From Stramenopiles sp. TOSAG23-3 (taxonomy: Eukaryota), in assembly GCA_900128585.1 (NCBI GenBank), contig LT642156.1:1-56881 (forward strand): 56,881 bases of DNA, in the 5' to 3' direction. This document shows, piece by piece, positions 52,364 through 56,881 of the stretch; positions within the stretch are counted from its first letter, which is position 1, and each line of letters opens with the position of its first letter. Both the position numbers and the translations under genes were made by a program. Under the pieces are notes generated by a model, which worked only from the letters and a program-made list of their open reading frames with translations, was not told the origin of the DNA and did not search any database.

Positions 52364-55300
52364 AGTTTATAGATATGTTTGCATCTGGAACATTCTTGCG
52401 GAGATACACGGGGTTTCTTACCTCAACAACAGGGATTTCAACTTCAGAGACCTCAGTTGTACTTTCGGAACTAGTCGACAACAGAAACACCTTTGGCACA
52501 GGTATGCGCTTGCAAACCCCGTTTACAACACTGCCAATACTTTCTGATACAGTTTCTGCAAGTTTTGGGAAGTAATAAAATACCAAAAGCACGGTAAAGA
52601 TCCACCACAAGGCCATTCCCCCCCATAAATCTATGATGGCCGGGTCGTTGTCTATCTGAATTGCTTCCAAGCTCAACAAGCAGGGTATGACAAGGCTCAT
52701 AACGGCGTTGTTAATTGATAGCCCGACTGAAGTGCTTGATCTAAATTCTTTTTTAACTTTTCTGTTTTGAATGGAGAGAAACGCTCCCCAGAGTAATAGT
52801 CCATATTCTGCGATTGCTAGTATGGCACCGCCATATGCACGGTCTTCCTCTAAGTTATATCCCGTGCACCTAGCTTGCTCGTAAAAAAGGTCATTCCTGC
52901 TGGAGTATATTTTTCTCGGGCCCTGTGTATTTTGCTCAACGACCGTCCAAACGATCAAATAAATAGTGACGAATGTAATTAAAAGTATTGTGTTCCGAAG
53001 CATGTTATGGGCTTCCTTCTTCCCCCTTTTCGGATCAAACGATTTTAGCGATTTAGTGCTCAGCAAATGGTTGACCGCATTTAAAATCGCAAACAATGGG
53101 ACCAACGTCATGAATATGCCTAGATGATGACAAAATCTTGAAGCTATACAATGAGCCTTGCCCGACGCTTCGTCCTCCATTGACGGCTCTGTCAGTAGGA
53201 AAAAAATATGGAGGTACTCTAAAGCGGCTCCTGCAAGAATTACCAAGGTGTATTTTGGCTGCGTTTTCTTGATTTGCTTCTTTTCCTTGTTCAGCCACAC
53301 CCAAATCGCGGCAAAGATACAAAATACCATCATGGTAAGGGACAAGACTTGAAACGCCAAGTACAAGTGAACTACAGCGTCCACTCGTGTTTTAAACCGA
53401 ACGACGATGGGGCAGACGTACTTGCTGGGCAAAAAGTGCATCCAGTCCGTGAGGATAGAATTAAACTCTTCATCGTTAATTATTTCACATACCGCGTGGT
53501 TGACCAAATATTGTTCAACTTGCGCAGCCTTTGTGCCGTCGACTACACCCCCTTTTAATTCTAGAAATCGCGAGAAGAATTTATCAAGGAACCTGTTGTC
53601 TATTTTTAAGTTTTGGAGAAAATTGTAGACAGGAGTTGGAACAGACGGTTTGTTGTACACAGCTTTGTCCAGTCCCTTCCCGTCAAGCTGCAAGCGAGTG
53701 GTAACAACTTTGTCCAGATTATCACTCGCCCAATCGCAATTTGCATCTTTGTACAATGGGGAATCCATGAGTGTTTTGTTCTTTTCAATCACGCAGAGTT
53801 TTTCAAACGCGTTGCCCCTTGCGATTCCACACCGCCCTGATGGGGGTGGAAATCTGACTTTCACCAATTCATATTTCCCGTTCTTAACCGTTTTGGATTG
53901 GTAAAACAGCAATTCTGGAACCCAGTGCCATATCATTATGGCTTCATCATTTTCGACTGCTGCTTCGTACACACGCTCGGTATCCTGAAGGTCAATACCC
54001 CCACGTTTAGTCCCATTGCCTCCATCAAAACCCATTTTGATGTTATTGAGGTGAAATATCATCTTGCTGTAGGTCGACCAATCACAGTAATCCAGGATAC
54101 AAGTTGTCCCCCGGCAAGTTTTCGGGTTCTTCGTACAGTTATGCAGTCCATTCGCAGCAAAGTATCCGCCATACAATACGAGGGAGTGGTTCTTTACATA
54201 GTACTGTTCTTTCTCGCCATTCAAATGGTTTGGCACCGGACAAAGCCACTTTTGATTGTTCGAAGAATAAAACTCGTCACAGTATTCTGCCCACCGAACA
54301 GGCCGTTTAAATAACTGAGCGTTCCTTGCCCTGTACCGCTCTCGGTAACCACGGTACGACGCCAACTCCGGGTGCTGATCCAGGACCCATTTTGGAACCA
54401 TTAAGCCGATTTCTCCCGTAACGTGGGAAGGAAACGCTCTGGACAATGGCAACCCGGTCGCTTTATCCACCTTTTTACCAACGACGGCATTCAGGGTGTC
54501 CCACACCTCCATCATAACATCGACGCATTCGTTTGCTCGGGATTTATCCAAATCGAAACATTTTCGAATGCTCTCCAAGTCATACGCCCCACCCGCATGC
54601 AAATACAAAGGTTTTGCCATATAATCTTCATAAAATCCCTTCGACACGGTTGCTCGTTTCCAGCCGTCTTCCTCTTCCCGTGCATATTTGAGAATGTATT
54701 TCGCAGGATACTTTAGAATTTCCACCATTAAAATTTGGGCAACTGAACCCAGGACTTGTGCAGACTGCCAGTTTTGTGGCAACATATTTACCGAGTTGTT
54801 TTGATAAATTGACGACCCTGTATCGTCGGTGCACTGATGGTCGTTGTCGCCTATGCACGCGCGGCAGTTGCCTTCGCTGGTATCAGCTTTTTCGCTAGAG
54901 CATTGCTTTATGTTGGGGTTTGCTTTCCCCGGAACCCGAGGAGGGAAACACGCCCGAAGTTTGTCCAATACTTTGAACTTCGATTTATCCAAACAACCAC
55001 CGCGGAAAACGTTGAGGCACTTTCTTTGCACCGTGTCGCACTGCGGAGGAAAGTGCATCTTCAAACCTGATTCTTTTGTAAACACTTGGCAGTCTTCATC
55101 TTTGTCACAAGGACAATGGTTACAATTATTATTGGCATCGCATTCTTTCGGCAAACAGGATGTAGCATATTGTAGGCATAGTAAACAAAACAGCACGACT
55201 GCTGGAACGACCCTCCAGCGTTTGCCAGGCGCCTCGGGCGATCTTGCCATTCTTCTGAAGCCTAAAAACCAGCAGCAATGTTTGCTTCTTACCAGAAAGG

Positions 55301-55388
55301 GAGAGAGGAGTAGCCAAGATGCCCACTTAAATGGATCTGAAACATTCAGAGATTGTTGAAAACATGATTTTGAAGATTTTTCTTTCAT
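52362..55388 (-). CDS. Class C-like (GABA-B-type 7TM) GPCR with a periplasmic-binding-protein-like ectodomain
   Basis: KKQIKKTQPKYTLVILAG, C..SRFCHHLG, IYLIVWTVV, LLLWGAFLSIQNRKV..EFRSS..VGLSINN, YYFPK. The likely start is 55250 (MARSPE..., followed by a signal peptide). Confidence 0.82.
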   Translation of the reverse strand: MKEKSSKSCFQQSLNVSDPFKWASWLLLSPFLVRSKHCCWFLGFRRMARSPEAPGKRWRVVPAVVLFCLLCLQYATSCLPKECDANNNCNHCPCDKDEDCQVFTKESGLKMHFPPQCDTVQRKCLNVFRGGCLDKSKFKVLDKLRACFPPRVPGKANPNIKQCSSEKADTSEGNCRACIGDNDHQCTDDTGSSIYQNNSVNMLPQNWQSAQVLGSVAQILMVEILKYPAKYILKYAREEEDGWKRATVSKGFYEDYMAKPLYLHAGGAYDLESIRKCFDLDKSRANECVDVMMEVWDTLNAVVGKKVDKATGLPLSRAFPSHVTGEIGLMVPKWVLDQHPELASYRGYRERYRARNAQLFKRPVRWAEYCDEFYSSNNQKWLCPVPNHLNGEKEQYYVKNHSLVLYGGYFAANGLHNCTKNPKTCRGTTCILDYCDWSTYSKMIFHLNNIKMGFDGGNGTKRGGIDLQDTERVYEAAVENDEAIMIWHWVPELLFYQSKTVKNGKYELVKVRFPPPSGRCGIARGNAFEKLCVIEKNKTLMDSPLYKDANCDWASDNLDKVVTTRLQLDGKGLDKAVYNKPSVPTPVYNFLQNLKIDNRFLDKFFSRFLELKGGVVDGTKAAQVEQYLVNHAVCEIINDEEFNSILTDWMHFLPSKYVCPIVVRFKTRVDAVVHLYLAFQVLSLTMMVFCIFAAIWVWLNKEKKQIKKTQPKYTLVILAGAALEYLHIFFLLTEPSMEDEASGKAHCIASRFCHHLGIFMTLVPLFAILNAVNHLLSTKSLKSFDPKRGKKEAHNMLRNTILLITFVTIYLIVWTVVEQNTQGPRKIYSSRNDLFYEQARCTGYNLEEDRAYGGAILAIAEYGLLLWGAFLSIQNRKVKKEFRSSTSVGLSINNAVMSLVIPCLLSLEAIQIDNDPAIIDLWGGMALWWIFTVLLVFYYFPKLAETVSESIGSVVNGVCKRIPVPKVFLLSTSSESTTEVSEVEIPVVEVRNPVYLRKNVPDANISIN

Positions 55389-55540
55389 GGTACTTTTCGT
55401 GAAGTGCCATAGAGTATGAAAAGAAAGAAACTAATTTTTTAAAAACAAATTACTTCTTCTTTTTTGTCGTCAGCAGTAGTTAGTATTATTATTAGAGAGT
55501 ACCAGTAACTAACAATAATAGATTATATATAATACCAGTA

Positions 55541-55584
55541 CCACCACCACCACCACCACCACCACCACCACCACCACCACCACC
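55541..55584. repeat. (CCA)n microsatellite
   Basis: Uninterrupted ccacca run. Confidence 0.95.
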
Positions 55585-56364
55585 AACCACAAAGGGAACG
55601 TACGAAGAATATAATGAGGAAATAAAAATATATTAATTAATAAAAAATGAGGATCACATAATACATAACTCTACTGTACTTCGTATTAGCTGTAATAAAT
55701 AACAACACAAAATTTGACTTCTTCTTCTTTTATTTATTACTTCGGTATTGTAATATTTATTCACCACACACAATAGATAGACTGACTAAATAAGGACGAC
55801 GACTATATTATTATTAAATTTTTTCGTCTTTTGTCTCTTCTTATATAAATACACTTAATCGTAGTCTACCAGTACCTTATTAATCATCTTTTAATACAAT
55901 AGAACTGACTACTAATAAATTACAGTTCTTGACCGCACTTCCTAGACTACGCCTACGTAGTAGTAGCAGTAATAAAAATTAATTAAATTATTATTTAATA
56001 GGTATGTATGAATTTTATAAAAGCAAGAGAAATATGGTCCCCAGGTACGGTACGGTAGTTGTTGAAAGAAGAAGTAGACACAAAAAAAGGACAGAAATAG
56101 AGTTGGTGGAGCAGTCTTTAAATTGCATTTTACTTGGTACTGCGAATTAATATACCTCGTATACCTGTCCGACGAAGATAAGAATAGATATTATACATAT
56201 TATCGACGACGGTGGACGGAGAAGAAGAGGTGTTATGTGTGATAATGTTAAACACATATCCCAATAGGTTCCTATCAGAAATATTCAATTCTGAAAAATC
56301 ATTCGGGACTGCCCATACGCCCAGCCCAAACGGCACCACAGTGTATTCCTCAAAAAAAAAATAA

Positions 56365-56881
56365 ATGAAAACTGCCACTGCTGTCCTCTTGGGTCTTGCG
56401 ACGGCCACGGCTACGACCTGCGACATCTACGACGCCGCTGGAACTCCGTGTGTCGCCGCTCACTCGCTTACTCGCAGTCTCTACGCAAGTTACTCGGGCA
56501 GACTTTACCAGATCAAGCGATCGTCCGACAAGGCCACTCTCAACATCAATACGACACCTGGAGGGGTCGCGGATACTTCGGCGCAAGACTTCTTTTGTGC
56601 TCAAACCACGTGCACTGTTGAAATCATTTATGACCAGTCATCGCGACAGAATCATTTAACCACCGCGCCACCGGGTGGTGCTCACAACAAGTCGGACGCT
56701 GGCGTGGCAGCCAGCAAAGCAAAGACGACGATGCACCGCCAACCGGTGTACGGAGCTTACTTCGAAGGTGGCATGGGCTACCGAATTGATAACAGCAACG
56801 GCGTGGCAGTTGGCGACGAAGCGGAGTCAATGTACATGGTTGCTGGCGGCAGGCACTACAACGGAGGCTGCTGCTTCGACT
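56365..56881 (+). CDS. abfB: Secreted alpha-L-arabinofuranosidase B (GH54), truncated by window edge
   Basis: Not in the ORF track. Hand translation: MKTATAVLLGLATATATTCDIYDAAGTPCVAAHSLTRSLYASYSGRLYQIKRSSD...AQDFFC...IIYDQS..NHL...GMGYR...GDEAESMYMV..GRHYNGGCCFD, the GH54 catalytic-domain signature. Confidence 0.93.
   Translation, partial: MKTATAVLLGLATATATTCDIYDAAGTPCVAAHSLTRSLYASYSGRLYQIKRSSDKATLNINTTPGGVADTSAQDFFCAQTTCTVEIIYDQSSRQNHLTTAPPGGAHNKSDAGVAASKAKTTMHRQPVYGAYFEGGMGYRIDNSNGVAVGDEAESMYMVAGGRHYNGGCCFD

Overview
Eukaryotic nuclear DNA, most likely from a flagellated protist (stramenopile-like; this is inference from gene content). About 22 protein genes lie as long, apparently intron-free ORFs in moderately GC-rich islands, separated by very AT-rich spacers with microsatellites. 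TAA, TAG and TGA all act as stops. Signalling genes: a VPS9-RCC1 GEF, two CaMKK-like kinases (one fused to cNMP-binding and PP2C domains), EF-hand proteins, a cAR/GCR1-like GPCR, a TMEM87-like 7TM protein, and a class C-like GPCR with a betaine-binding-protein-like ectodomain. Other genes: an ANKIB1-like RBR ligase, lipase, prolyl 4-hydroxylase, G6PD, cytosolic carboxypeptidase, bZIP factor, WW-LRR-C2 protein, FOXRED2-like and MZB1/Canopy-like ER proteins, and an RRL-punctuated secreted PLA2 precursor. Two edge-truncated genes missing from the ORF track were read by hand: a (Cxx)n cysteine-rich protein and a GH54 arabinofuranosidase. The non-coding DNA carries a dispersed 33-46 bp element (four identical 33-mers), recurrent upstream motifs (TAGACGACTA, ACACAGCAT) and CCAGGTA-based palindromes. 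All family assignments come from motif recognition by eye; no searches were run.
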